Part shown: positions 1-11,746 of the stretch, one piece after another
Position numbering within the stretch: the stretch's first letter is position 1
Layout of the letters: each line of letters starts with the position of its first letter
Origin: Betaproteobacteria bacterium
GTDB taxonomy: Bacteria; Pseudomonadota; Gammaproteobacteria; Burkholderiales; UBA3065
Direction: 5' to 3'
NCBI GenBank assembly: GCA_009923755.1
Contig: RFSW01000001.1
Location: 453-64,452, forward strand
DNA length: 64,000 nt
Program-made: the position numbers and the translations under genes
The notes under the pieces: generated by a model
The model's input: only the letters and a program-made list of their open reading frames with translations
What the model was told of the DNA's origin: nothing
Databases searched by the model: none

Positions 1-183
1 AAGGGCTTGGGAGACGCTCGCGCCGCCGAGATCTACGGCCGTGCCTACGGTGCCGATGGCGAGTTCTATGCTTTCTACCGTAGCCTCGAAGCTTACCGGT
101 CAAGCTTCAAGGACCGTTCCGACATGATGGTGCTGGACCCGTCGAGCGACTTCTTCAAGTACATGAAGAAGTCGGGGCGCTGA
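1..183 (+). CDS. hflC: HflC (FtsH modulator) C-terminal fragment; 5' end lies outside the window
   Basis: Frame-1 translation ...GEFYAFYRSLEAYRSSFKDRSDMMVLDPSSDFFKYMKKSGR* stops at TGA 181-183. It matches the conserved HflC tail and precedes hisZ-purA as in the conserved hflK-hflC-hisZ-purA order. Confidence 0.6.
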   Translation, partial: KGLGDARAAEIYGRAYGADGEFYAFYRSLEAYRSSFKDRSDMMVLDPSSDFFKYMKKSGR

Positions 184-216
184 TCGCCCGTCGCTGTCCG
201 TCGCGCCCCGTCCACC

Positions 217-2545
<2,329 letters not shown>

Positions 2546-2710
2546 GGGCAGCCTACTACCTCGGGAAGTGGGGGCGGCCCACTACCTCCGGTGGTGACTT
2601 TCCTCGCTCCCCGAGCTTCGCTAGGTCGCTTCGGAAAGACCACCGGACGGGGGCCGCCCTTGGAGCGTCGTAGTGGGGGCGGCCAGGGCGGTTTTTGGCC
2701 CAAAAACCAA

Positions 2711-2739
2711 CAAAAAACCCGGCCAATGCCGGGTTTTCT
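2711..2739. terminator. Bidirectional rho-independent terminator between convergent purA and rplI
   Basis: aaaaaaCCCGGCcaatGCCGGGttttct: a 6-bp GC stem flanked by an A-run and a T-run, so it can terminate both strands. Confidence 0.6.
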
Positions 2740-2791
2740 GTGTCTGGCGGGCAAATCCCACGCTTGAGCGTGATTTGCTTTCGCGGGGCGA

Positions 2792-3241
2792 TCAGGCCTC
2801 TGCGACCACCAATACCTTGATCTCCACCACCACATCCTGGTGCAGCGCAACGGTAACACCGTGTTCGCCCAGGGTCTTGAGGGGGCCATCAGGCATACGC
2901 ACATTCATTTTCTCGACCGCTTGCCCGGCCTTGCCCAGCGCCTCAGCGATGTCGGCGTTGGTGACCGAGCCGAACAGCTTGCCATCGACGCCGGCTTTTT
3001 GTGCCACCGTGACGACCATATCGGTCATCGCAGCGGCTTGCGCCTGTGCAGCCGTCAGACGGGCCGCCTCAGCAGCTTCGAGCTCGGCACGGCGCGCCTC
3101 GAAAGCAGCGATATTGTTTTGCGTGGCGCGCTTGGCCTTGCCCTGCGGGATGAGGAAGTTACGGGCGTAGCCGTCCTTGACCTTGACCACGTCACCCAGT
3201 TGACCCAGGTTGACGACCTTTTCCATGAGGATGATCTGCAT
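2792..3241 (-). CDS. rplI: 50S ribosomal protein L9
   Basis: 149 aa, [36 protein letters not shown]... is a canonical L9 N-terminus. Confidence 0.95.
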   Translation of the reverse strand: MQIILMEKVVNLGQLGDVVKVKDGYARNFLIPQGKAKRATQNNIAAFEARRAELEAAEAARLTAAQAQAAAMTDMVVTVAQKAGVDGKLFGSVTNADIAEALGKAGQAVEKMNVRMPDGPLKTLGEHGVTVALHQDVVVEIKVLVVAEA

Positions 3242-3251
3242 GGCGGTCTCC

Positions 3252-3515
3252 TCAGTGCAGGTCGGTGTAGGGCAGCAACGCGAGGAAACGCGCGCGCTTG
3301 ATCGCTTCCGACAGCTGGCGCTGGTAGAACGCGCGAGTGCCGGAAATGCGAGCCGGGGTGATCTTGCCGTTCTCGGTAATGAAGTCTTTCAGCAGTTCGA
3401 CGTCCTTGTAGTCGATCTGCTCGACCTTCTCCGCGGTGAAACGGCAGAACTTCTTGCGGCGGAACAGCGCCTTGGCGCCGGCGCCTTCGCGCTTCTTCTT
3501 GAAATCACGAGCCAT
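3252..3515 (-). CDS. rpsR: 30S ribosomal protein S18
   Basis: 87 aa, ...[42 protein letters not shown]... is a canonical S18. Confidence 0.95.
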   Translation of the reverse strand: MARDFKKKREGAGAKALFRRKKFCRFTAEKVEQIDYKDVELLKDFITENGKITPARISGTRAFYQRQLSEAIKRARFLALLPYTDLH

Positions 3516-3541
3516 GTTCGGGGGTCCTGTAAGTGGGGCAC

Positions 3542-3922
3542 TCAGGCCGGTTCAGCGGGCGCGGCTGCTTCGGCGGCGGAGCCGGCGATGACGTTGCGCG
3601 ACTTCTCTTCCTTCATCATCGGCGAGGGGTCGGTGTAGGCCTTGTCCTGACGGATGGTGAGGTGGCGCAACACGGCGTCGTTGAAGCGGAAGGCGTCTTC
3701 CAGCTCGGCGAGCACGGTCGAGTCGCACTCGATGTTCATCAGAACGTAGTGCGCCTTGTGGATTTTCTCGATCGGGTAAGCCAACTGACGGCGGCCCCAG
3801 TCTTCCAGACGGTGTACGCGGCCTCCGCCGTTGCCAACGGTGGCGCGATAGCGTTCGATCATTCCCGGAACCTGTTCCGACTGGTCCGGATGCACGATGA
3901 ACACGATCTCATAGTGACGCAT
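3542..3922 (-). CDS. rpsF: 30S ribosomal protein S6
   Basis: Internal ATG (cat at 3920-3922) gives [25 protein letters not shown]..., a canonical S6. The 171-aa track ORF (to 4057) is an upstream over-extension. Confidence 0.9.
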   Translation of the reverse strand: MRHYEIVFIVHPDQSEQVPGMIERYRATVGNGGGRVHRLEDWGRRQLAYPIEKIHKAHYVLMNIECDSTVLAELEDAFRFNDAVLRHLTIRQDKAYTDPSPMMKEEKSRNVIAGSAAEAAAPAEPA

Positions 3923-4079
3923 CGCATCTCCTTGTGGATGAGAGCCTGCCGGTGCGAAGCGGTCAGGCAAGGTGGGGCCGGTGCAAAACCGGCAGGACAG
4001 TGCCGGCAATCGACACGGAAAGCCCAATATTATGCGGCTTACAGAAGCGCTCGGCAAGCTCCGTTTAGTGTCCGCTGAA

Positions 4080-4817
4080 CTACGCTGGCAGGCGTCGTCG
4101 CGTCTCCGCCAGGCAGATGCCGGTTGAGACGGAGAGGTTGAGGCTTTCCACCGAGCCGCTCATCGGGATGTGCGCCAAGACGTCGCAATGCTCGCGCGTC
4201 AGCCGTCGCAGACCCGAGCCCTCGGCGCCGATCACCCAGGCCATCGGCAGGCGCAGGGCGATGTCGTAGAGCGGCTGCGAGCCATCCATGTCGGCACCGA
4301 CTGTCAGCACGTCGCCGTCGGCCAGCTGCTCGAGGAAACGCGCTAGGTTGGTGACCATCAGGTAGGGCACGGTCTCGGCGGCGCCGCAAGCCACTCGCGA
4401 GACCGCCGGCGTAAGCCCGACGGCGCGGTCCTTGGGAGCCACCACGGCGTGCACGCCAAAAGCGTCCGCCACGCGCAGACAGGCCCCCAGATTGTGCGGG
4501 TCTTGGCAGCCATCGAGTACCAGCAGCAGCAGGCTGTCGCCGGCGCTTTCGATCACTGCGTCGATGTCGGTGGCCAGCGTTTGCGCCGTCACGCGGGCGA
4601 CCACGCCTTGGTGGCGCGCGCCGCGTGTCAGTCCATCGAGCCGATCAGGGGTGGCCGGATGGACCCGCACCTTGTGCTCACCGGCCAGCGCGATAAGCCC
4701 CTTGAGGCGGCCATCGCGACGGTTGTCGGCGAACCAGATCTCCTGCACCGACGCAGGGTTCTGGCGCAGGCGCGCGGTGATGGCGTGAAAGCCCCAGAGC
4801 AGGGGATCAGTGGCCAC
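4080..4817 (-). CDS. rlmB: 23S rRNA (guanosine-2'-O)-methyltransferase RlmB (SpoU/TrmH family)
   Basis: SpoU motifs are present ([50 protein letters not shown]). I place the start at GTG 4817, preceded by GGAGG and overlapping the rnr stop. The track ORF start at 4988 would overlap rnr by 180 nt. Confidence 0.8.
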   Translation of the reverse strand: MATDPLLWGFHAITARLRQNPASVQEIWFADNRRDGRLKGLIALAGEHKVRVHPATPDRLDGLTRGARHQGVVARVTAQTLATDIDAVIESAGDSLLLLVLDGCQDPHNLGACLRVADAFGVHAVVAPKDRAVGLTPAVSRVACGAAETVPYLMVTNLARFLEQLADGDVLTVGADMDGSQPLYDIALRLPMAWVIGAEGSGLRRLTREHCDVLAHIPMSGSVESLNLSVSTGICLAETRRRLPA

Positions 4818-7197
4818 GGCTGCTGCCTCCCGCCGGCTTGCCAGCTGCTGGGCGGCTCGTGTCCCCGGTGGCCGCTGTCTTGCGGCCGCGGCCGCGACCC
4901 TTGCCGGCCGCGGTCGGCTCGACTTCGCCAACATCCGGGGCGCCCTCCACCAGCGAGAAGTCGATGCGTGTGGTCTCCACATCGGCACGCACCACCTGCA
5001 CCGTCAAGCGGTCACCCAGGCGGAACTGCCGGCCGGTGCGCTCACCGAGGAGGCGGTGCTTGTCGGCCTCAAAATGGAAGTAGTCGGTGCCCAGTTCGGA
5101 GATGTGCACCAGCCCTTCGATGAACACCTCGTCCAGCGTGACGAAGATGCCGAAACCGGTCACTGCGCTCACCGTGCCGGCGAACACCTCGCCGACGCGT
5201 TCACTCATAAACGTGCACTTGAGCCAGTTCAGGACATCGCGGCTGGCTTCATCGGCGCGTCGTTCGGTCATCGAGCACTGGTTGCCGAGAGCGTTCCAGT
5301 CGCCGGCGTCGTAGGCCTTTTTCTTGACGACCGCTTTGATGGCGCGGTGCACCAAAAGATCGGGATAGCGGCGGATCGGGCTGGTGAAGTGTGCGTAGGC
5401 CTCATAGGCCAGCCCAAAGTGGCCGATGTTCTCGGGGCTGTACACCGCCTGGCTGAGCGAGCGCAACATCACGGTCTGCAGCAGGCTGGCGTCGGGGCGC
5501 TCGCGGACCTGACTCAACAATTTGCCGTAATCCGAGGCGGAAGGCTTGTCGCCGCCGCCCAGCCCGAGGCCGAATTCCGACATGAAGGCGCGCAGCTTCT
5601 CCAGGCGATCGAGCGCGGGGCCGTCGTGGACCCGGTAGAGCGCCGGGTGCTCGGCGCGGATCAAGAGATCGGCAGCGCACACATTCGCTGCCAGCATGCA
5701 CTCCTCGATCAATCGGTGGGCATCGTTGCGCACCACCGGCACCACGCGCTCGATGCGGCCTTCCTTGGTGAAAAGGATCTGCGTCTCGGTAGTCTCGAAG
5801 TCGATGGCGCCGCGCTTGGCGCGTGCGCCCAGCAGTGCCTTGAACACGGTATCGAGGTTCTGCAGTTCGGGCAGCAAGCGGCGTGTGTCGTCGTCCAGCG
5901 GGCCGCCAGAGAGCGCATTCCACACCCGGGTGTAGGTGAGCCGCGCCTGCGAGTGCATCACTGCCGGGTAGAAGCGGTACTCGCCGATCTCGCCCTTGGC
6001 GCTGATGTGCATGTCACAGACCATGCACAGCCGGTCGACCGCGGGATTGAGCGAACAGAGACCGTTGGACAGCGCCTCCGGCAGCATGGGGATCACTCGC
6101 CGCGGAAAGTACACCGAATTGCCACGCGCCACCGCCTCCTTGTCCAGCGCGTCGCCCGGCTGAACGTAGTGGCTGACGTCAGCGATCGCCACCAGCAGCC
6201 GCCAGTCTTTGCCCTTTGGTTCGCACCACACGGCGTCGTCAAAGTCTTTGGCTGTTTCTCCATCAATCGTCACCAGCGGCAGCTGGCGCAGGTCTTCGCG
6301 GCCGCGGAGGTCGGTCTTGCGAACCTCGGCCGGCAGCGCGCCTGCTTGCTTGATCGCTTCCGGCGGGAATTCGTAAGGCAGATCATGCTTCCGCAGGGCG
6401 ATCTCGATCTCCATGCCCGAATCGCCATAGTTCCCGAGCACCTCGATGACCCGCGCGGTAGGTTCGGCGGTGGGCGAGGGCTGGGTCAGCAGCTCGACGG
6501 TGACCACCTGGCCGGGCTGCGCGCCGGCGTGCTGGCCGGGAGCGATGAGGATGTCTTGGGCGATGCGGCGGTTCTCAGCGGCTACGAACCAGATGCCGTT
6601 CTCGCAGTAGATGCGGCCCACCAGCGTGCGGTTCTTGCGTTGCAGGACCTCGACGATGGCGCCCTCCGGCCGGCCGCGGTTGTCGCGGCCCTTGAGTCGC
6701 ACAACCACGCGGTCGCCATGCAGCACCTGGTGCATCTCGCGCGGCGAGAGCCAGACGTCGGCTGAGCCGTTGTCGGGGATGCAAAAGCCAAAGCCGTCCG
6801 GGTGGCCTTCTACCCGCCCGGGCAGCAGGTCCATTTTCTCCATCAGGCCGATCGCGCCGCGGCGGTTGCGCAGGATCTGGCCATCTCGTTCCATCGCGGC
6901 CAGGCGCCGGCTGAACACCTCGAACTCGGCGGGTGTGACCCCCACCAGCTTGGCCAGCTGTATCTCGCCGAGCGGCACGCCCTGTTCGCGCAGCACCTGC
7001 ATCACATATTCGCGCGAGGGCAGGGGGTTGTCGTAGCGCTGCGTCTCGCGCGCGAGGAAGGGGTCGCGGTCGCGCGGCGAGGCGCCTGAGGTGGCGCGCT
7101 TGCGGCCAGAGGCGGCGCTGCGCGTCGCGGGTACGGTACTGCGGGTGGAAGCGGCTTTGGCGGCGGTGCGTGTACCGCTCTTTTTCGGGGTCTTCAT
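4807..7197 (-). CDS. rnr: Ribonuclease R
   Basis: RNB catalytic domain, C-terminal S1 domain and Lys/Arg/Gly-rich tail. Start set at ATG 7197 (MKTPKKSG...), because the track ORF start at 7332 runs through the tRNA-Leu gene on the other strand. Confidence 0.9.
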   Translation of the reverse strand: MKTPKKSGTRTAAKAASTRSTVPATRSAASGRKRATSGASPRDRDPFLARETQRYDNPLPSREYVMQVLREQGVPLGEIQLAKLVGVTPAEFEVFSRRLAAMERDGQILRNRRGAIGLMEKMDLLPGRVEGHPDGFGFCIPDNGSADVWLSPREMHQVLHGDRVVVRLKGRDNRGRPEGAIVEVLQRKNRTLVGRIYCENGIWFVAAENRRIAQDILIAPGQHAGAQPGQVVTVELLTQPSPTAEPTARVIEVLGNYGDSGMEIEIALRKHDLPYEFPPEAIKQAGALPAEVRKTDLRGREDLRQLPLVTIDGETAKDFDDAVWCEPKGKDWRLLVAIADVSHYVQPGDALDKEAVARGNSVYFPRRVIPMLPEALSNGLCSLNPAVDRLCMVCDMHISAKGEIGEYRFYPAVMHSQARLTYTRVWNALSGGPLDDDTRRLLPELQNLDTVFKALLGARAKRGAIDFETTETQILFTKEGRIERVVPVVRNDAHRLIEECMLAANVCAADLLIRAEHPALYRVHDGPALDRLEKLRAFMSEFGLGLGGGDKPSASDYGKLLSQVRERPDASLLQTVMLRSLSQAVYSPENIGHFGLAYEAYAHFTSPIRRYPDLLVHRAIKAVVKKKAYDAGDWNALGNQCSMTERRADEASRDVLNWLKCTFMSERVGEVFAGTVSAVTGFGIFVTLDEVFIEGLVHISELGTDYFHFEADKHRLLGERTGRQFRLGDRLTVQVVRADVETTRIDFSLVEGAPDVGEVEPTAAGKGRGRGRKTAATGDTSRPAAGKPAGGSSRGH

Positions 7198-7240
7198 TGA
7201 TTTCCAGTGGGGTTTTGTATAGTCTGCGCCCTCCTGAGCT

Positions 7241-7327
7241 GCCCAGGTGGCGAAATTGGTAGACGCACTAGGTTCAGGTCCTAGCGGTGGCAACACTGTG
7301 GAGGTTCGAGTCCTCTCCTGGGCACCA
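7241..7327 (+). tRNA. tRNA-Leu (anticodon CAG), encoded CCA end
   Basis: GCCCAGG...CCTGGGCACCA acceptor stem. Anticodon arm is CTAGG-TTCAGGT-CCTAG. Has a long variable arm and a GGTTCGAGTCC T-loop. Confidence 0.9.
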
Positions 7328-7547
7328 AGCATCAGTGACTGAGAGTGATCGCCCGTTGTAAATCAACGGCCTCGCTCTGCGTTGTGCGCTGGTGTGCGCC
7401 TCTGCAGGCCGTTGTCACCACACTCCGCTTGCACAACATCCAGAACCCACCGGAGAAGACACGCTCTGGCTTGAGCGTCGTCGAACCACTCGCCAGCGAA
7501 CAAAAACCGCCACGGGTTCTAGTGTCACTCCGATAGTACATCAAGCC

Positions 7548-7832
7548 TCACAACCTTGGCCGCAGCATCTTGGTGTGGCCGCGCACGCCCTCGACAAGCA
7601 CTGCGCTGTCACCGTCACGCCACCACCGCAGACCACCGCCAGTTGGGATGGCGAGCCGTTCCACGTTCATGTTGACCAGGGCGCAGCGACGGCCAAGGTC
7701 TGGCTGCGTGATGGCGTGGTAGCGGGCGGTTCTGGCTTCAGGGGCGCTGACCGGCACGACAGCCATCATCCGCACGTCGCCTTGATGTGTTGAAATCTCG
7801 CCGCGGGGCGTTGGTCCTCGCGCCCCATTCAC
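7548..7832. other. Decayed small-ORF region with mutually antisense ORFs (a DUF4160-like motif on + and a weak PemK/MazF-like pattern on -)
   Basis: The + frame (within ORF 7392-7793) reads GEPFHVHVDQGAATAKVWLRDGVVAGGSGF, resembling the DUF4160 signature EPpHVHV...AKfWL....GF. The - ORF (94 aa) has higher third-position GC and loosely MazF-like blocks (PRGEI, VVPVS, DSAVLVEGVR). Neither is full length. Strand and identity are unresolved. Confidence 0.2.
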
Positions 7833-7845
7833 CCGGAGTCACAGC

Positions 7846-9033
7846 GTGTCGCAGCGCCAACGCCTCAAGATCGCCGTCGTCGGCACCGGCTATGTCGGCC
7901 TCTCCATCGCCGTGCTGCTCTCGCAGCGGCACGATGTGGTGGCCCTCGACATCGTCCCGGCCAAGGTGGCGCAGATCAACGCCCGCCAGTCGCCTATCCA
8001 CGATCCGGAGATCAGCGACTTCCTCGCGCACCGCACGCTCAGTCTGAAGGGCACGCTTGACGCAGCCGAGGCCTACGCTGGCGCCGATTACGTGGTCATC
8101 GCCACCCCCACCGACTATGACCCGCAGACCGACTATTTCGACACCTCGTCGGTCGAGGCGGTGATCCAGGCTGTGATGGCCGCCAACCCGGCTGCGCTGA
8201 TGGTCATCAAGTCCACCGTGCCGGTCGGCTTTACCGCGCAGATGCGGCAGAGGTACGGCACGTCCAACCTGATCTTCTCGCCCGAGTTCCTGCGCGAGGG
8301 CAGGGCGCTCCACGACAACCTGCACCCGAGCCGCATCGTGGTGGGCGAGCGCAGCGACCGTGCGCGCGCCTTTGCGCAGCTGCTGTCCGATGCCGCCGAC
8401 AAGCAGGACGTGGAGGTGCTGCTGACTGACAGCACCGAGGCCGAGGCGGTCAAACTGTTTGCCAACACCTACCTTGCCATGCGTGTGGCGTTCTTTAACG
8501 AGCTCGACACCTACGCTGCCACCCACGGCCTCGACACGCGGCAGATTATCGACGGCGTGTGTCTGGACCCGCGCATTGGCCGGCACTACAACAACCCGAG
8601 TTTCGGCTACGGCGGCTATTGCCTGCCCAAGGACACCCGCCAGCTGTTGGCCAACTACCGCGAGGTGCCGCAGAACCTGATCCGCGCCATTGTGGACGCC
8701 AACAGCACGCGCAAGGATTTTGTGGCCTTCGACATCATCGCCCGCCAGCCGCGGCGTGTCGGTGTCTACCGCCTGGTGATGAAGGCCGGCTCCGACAATT
8801 TCCGCGCCAGCAGCATCCAGGGCGTGATGAAGCGCATCAAGGGCAAGGGCATCGAGGTGGTGGTCTATGAGCCGGTGCTTGCCGACGACAGCTTTTTTGG
8901 TAGCCGCGTCGAGCGCGACCTCGCCGCCTTCAAGCGCAGCTGTGATTTGATTGTGGCCAACCGTCTCACCGACGATCTGCGCGATGTTGCCGACAAGGTC
9001 TACACCCGCGATCTCTTTGGTGGCGATGCCTGA
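7846..9033 (+). CDS. ugd: UDP-glucose 6-dehydrogenase
   Basis: 395 aa with GTG start. Has the N-terminal Rossmann motif [13 protein letters not shown] and the catalytic [10 protein letters not shown] motif. Confidence 0.9.
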   Translation: MSQRQRLKIAVVGTGYVGLSIAVLLSQRHDVVALDIVPAKVAQINARQSPIHDPEISDFLAHRTLSLKGTLDAAEAYAGADYVVIATPTDYDPQTDYFDTSSVEAVIQAVMAANPAALMVIKSTVPVGFTAQMRQRYGTSNLIFSPEFLREGRALHDNLHPSRIVVGERSDRARAFAQLLSDAADKQDVEVLLTDSTEAEAVKLFANTYLAMRVAFFNELDTYAATHGLDTRQIIDGVCLDPRIGRHYNNPSFGYGGYCLPKDTRQLLANYREVPQNLIRAIVDANSTRKDFVAFDIIARQPRRVGVYRLVMKAGSDNFRASSIQGVMKRIKGKGIEVVVYEPVLADDSFFGSRVERDLAAFKRSCDLIVANRLTDDLRDVADKVYTRDLFGGDA

Positions 9034-9073
9034 CGCAGTGGCGCGATTTGGATAGTCTGCGCGGATTGGATGA

Positions 9074-9919
9074 GTGGAGTTTGACGTGATCGAGAAGTGT
9101 CTTTTCCCCGCCGCCGGCTACGGCACACGTTTTTTGCCGGCCACCAAGTCCATGCCCAAGGAGATGCTGCCGATCGTCGACAAGCCGCTCATCCAGTACG
9201 GCGTGGAGGAGGCGTTGGAGGCCGGCATGCACCACATCGGCATGGTCACAGGCCGTGGCAAGCGGGCGCTCGAGGACCACTTCGACATCAGCTATGAGTT
9301 GGAAGACCAGATCAGCGGCACCAGCAAGGAGGCCGCGCTCGAAGGCATCCGCCGTTTGATCCGCGACTGCAGCTTCAGTTACACGCGGCAGATCGAGATG
9401 AAGGGTCTGGGGCATGCCATCCTCACCGGTCGCCCGCTGATCGGCGACGTGCCGTTTGGCGTGGTGCTTGCCGACGACCTCTGCCTCAATCCCGGTGGCG
9501 TGGGCGTGCTGGCGCAGATGGTCGAGCTCTACCGCCAGTTCCGTTGCTCCATCGTCGCTATCCAGGAGGTGCCCGCAGCCGATACCGCGTCGTACGGCAT
9601 CGTCGAGGGCGAGCCGGTGCGCGGCGACATCATCCGCGTCACCCGCATGGTGGAGAAGCCCAAGCCCGAGGACGCGCCAAGCAACCTCGCCATCATCGGG
9701 CGCTACATCCTGACGCCCGATATCTTCGGCCTCATCGAGAGCACGCCACCCGGCCGCAACGGCGAGATCCAACTCACCGACGCGCTCAACGAGCAGGCGC
9801 GGCGCGGCTGCGTGATGGCCTACCGCTTCAAGGGCCGGCGCTTTGATTGCGGCTCGGTCGCGGGCTATGTCGAGGCCACCAACCATGTGTTTGGCGAAGC
9901 TTCAGGCGACCAGTCCTGA
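9074..9919 (+). CDS. galU: UTP--glucose-1-phosphate uridylyltransferase
   Basis: FPAAGYGTRFLPATKSMPKEMLPIVDKPLIQY is the GalU signature. Start is GTG 9074 or GTG 9086. Confidence 0.9.
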   Translation: MEFDVIEKCLFPAAGYGTRFLPATKSMPKEMLPIVDKPLIQYGVEEALEAGMHHIGMVTGRGKRALEDHFDISYELEDQISGTSKEAALEGIRRLIRDCSFSYTRQIEMKGLGHAILTGRPLIGDVPFGVVLADDLCLNPGGVGVLAQMVELYRQFRCSIVAIQEVPAADTASYGIVEGEPVRGDIIRVTRMVEKPKPEDAPSNLAIIGRYILTPDIFGLIESTPPGRNGEIQLTDALNEQARRGCVMAYRFKGRRFDCGSVAGYVEATNHVFGEASGDQS

Positions 9920-10005
9920 GCGGCACCGGCGTATCATCAAAGGCTGACGGCTGACCCCGGCTGCCGGCACCCGCCGGGTCGGCGTTGTCATCGTAACCCC
10001 AGCCC

Positions 10006-11394
10006 ATGGCCGACCTCGACCCCCTCCAGCAGCTCAAGGTGCCGCCGCACGCGCTGGAGGCCGAGCAGTCGGTGCTCGGCGCCCTTCTGCTCGACAACGA
10101 GGCATGGGAGCGAGTGGCCGATCTGGTCCATGCCGGTGATTTCTACCGTGCTGAGCACCGCCTGATCTTTGAGCACATCTCGCGCCTGGTAGAGGCCAAT
10201 CAGCCGGCTGACATCATCACCGTGATGGAATCGCTGCAGCGCGCCAATGCCATCGAGCAGGCGGGTGGCAGCGTCTATCTCACTGCTCTGGTGGCCAACG
10301 TGCCGGGCAGCACCAATATCCGTGCCTACGCCGGTCTGGTGCGCGAGCGCTCTGTGATGCGCAGCCTGGTCTCGGTCGCCAGCCGCATCGCCGACAGCGC
10401 CTTCAATCCGGCCGGTCGCAACGCCGCAGAGCTGCTCGACGAGGCCGAAAAGCTGGTGTTCGACATCGCCGAGATGCAGAGTCGCGGGCAGAAGGGCTTT
10501 GTTGCCATCGAAGAGTTGCTTGGCCAGGTGCTCGACCGCATCAACGCTCTCTATGAGCGCGAGAATCAGGACGACGTCACCGGCATCGCCACCGGCTTTT
10601 CCGACCTTGACGAGCGCACCTCCGGCCTGCAGCCGGGCGACCTGATCATCGTCGCCGGCCGGCCCAGCATGGGCAAGACCAGCCTCGCTCTCAATATGGC
10701 CGAGCATGTGGCGCTGCAGGTCAAAAAGCCGGTCGCTGTGTTCTCCATGGAAATGGGCGGCGCCCAGCTGGTGATGCGCATGGTCGGCTCGGTCGGCAAG
10801 ATCGACCAGCACCGCATGCGCAACGGCAAGCTCGGCAACGATGAGTGGGACCGCCTGAGCCTGGCCATGGAGAAGATGAACAACGCCCGGCTGTGGATCG
10901 ACGAGACCGGTGCCCTGACCCCCAACGACCTGCGCGCCCGCTCGCGCCGGCTGGCCCGGCAGTGCAGCGCCGAAGGGGGCCTCGGGCTGATCGTCATCGA
11001 CTACCTGCAGCTCATGAGTGTGCAGGGCGAGGGCGAGAACCGCGCCACCGAGATCTCGGAGATCTCACGCTCACTCAAGGCCTTGGCGAAGGAACTCCAA
11101 GTGCCGGTGATCGCGCTGTCGCAGCTCAACCGCAGCCTCGAGCAGCGACCCAACAAGCGGCCGGTGATGTCCGATCTGCGGGAATCGGGCGCCATCGAGC
11201 AGGACGCGGACCTCATCCTCTTCATCTACCGCGACGAGGTCTACAACCCCGACAGTCAGGACAAGGGCGTGGCCGAGATCATCATCGGCAAGCAGCGCAA
11301 CGGGCCGATCGGCACCGTACGGCTGGCCTTCCTCGGCGAGTACACGCGCTTTGAGAACCTTGCGTACGGGGCCGGGCGGCGCGACGAGGACTAG
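10006..11394 (+). CDS. dnaB: Replicative DNA helicase DnaB
   Basis: 462 aa. Contains PPHALEAEQSVLGALL, Walker A GRPSMGKTS and IIGKQRNGPIG. No intein-sized insertion. Confidence 0.95.
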   Translation: MADLDPLQQLKVPPHALEAEQSVLGALLLDNEAWERVADLVHAGDFYRAEHRLIFEHISRLVEANQPADIITVMESLQRANAIEQAGGSVYLTALVANVPGSTNIRAYAGLVRERSVMRSLVSVASRIADSAFNPAGRNAAELLDEAEKLVFDIAEMQSRGQKGFVAIEELLGQVLDRINALYERENQDDVTGIATGFSDLDERTSGLQPGDLIIVAGRPSMGKTSLALNMAEHVALQVKKPVAVFSMEMGGAQLVMRMVGSVGKIDQHRMRNGKLGNDEWDRLSLAMEKMNNARLWIDETGALTPNDLRARSRRLARQCSAEGGLGLIVIDYLQLMSVQGEGENRATEISEISRSLKALAKELQVPVIALSQLNRSLEQRPNKRPVMSDLRESGAIEQDADLILFIYRDEVYNPDSQDKGVAEIIIGKQRNGPIGTVRLAFLGEYTRFENLAYGAGRRDED

Positions 11395-11482
11395 TCCCGA
11401 GGGTCTTGCCGGGCCTTGGGCAGTCAAGCGGCTGAAATCGGCGATTTGGTGGATGCGTACATCGCCGTGCTGATGTAAGTTA

Positions 11483-11496
11483 TGACCATCTGGTCA
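11483..11496. promoter_or_regulatory. Perfect palindrome TGACCAtcTGGTCA upstream of the antitoxin gene (candidate TA operator)
   Basis: A 6-2-6 inverted repeat lies 20 nt upstream of the antitoxin ATG (11516) in a locally AT-richer stretch. Type II TA operons are classically autorepressed at such palindromes. Confidence 0.3.
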
Positions 11497-11515
11497 GACT
11501 TATTGGCACGAGGCG

Positions 11516-11746
11516 ATGCGCACCGTTCAAGTTTTCGAGGCAAAAGCTCGTTTTTCCGCACTGCTGGCTGAAGTCGAAGCGGGTTCCGAGGTCGCTATCA
11601 CGCGGCACGGCCGTGTCGTGGCTCGCCTGGTTCCACAGCCGCCAGCCACTGCAGCGGATGTGTTCGCGCCTCTCTGGGAGAGCGCTGACGAGATCGACCT
11701 GGTTGCACCCACGGACGCGCCGGCCGAACCGGTCGTCGCGATCTGA
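11516..11746 (+). CDS. Type II antitoxin, Phd/YefM family
   Basis: 76 aa, MRTVQVFEAKARFSALLAEVEAGSEVAITRHGRVVARLVP is the typical Phd/YefM N-terminus. Its stop overlaps the toxin start (TGATG). Confidence 0.8.
   Translation: MRTVQVFEAKARFSALLAEVEAGSEVAITRHGRVVARLVPQPPATAADVFAPLWESADEIDLVAPTDAPAEPVVAI

Noticed and set aside
7198-7332. N-terminal 45-codon extension of the rnr ORF (MLGAQERTRTSTVLPP...).
   Set aside because: It runs straight through the tRNA-Leu gene on the opposite strand. MKTPKKSG at 7197 is a normal RNase R start.
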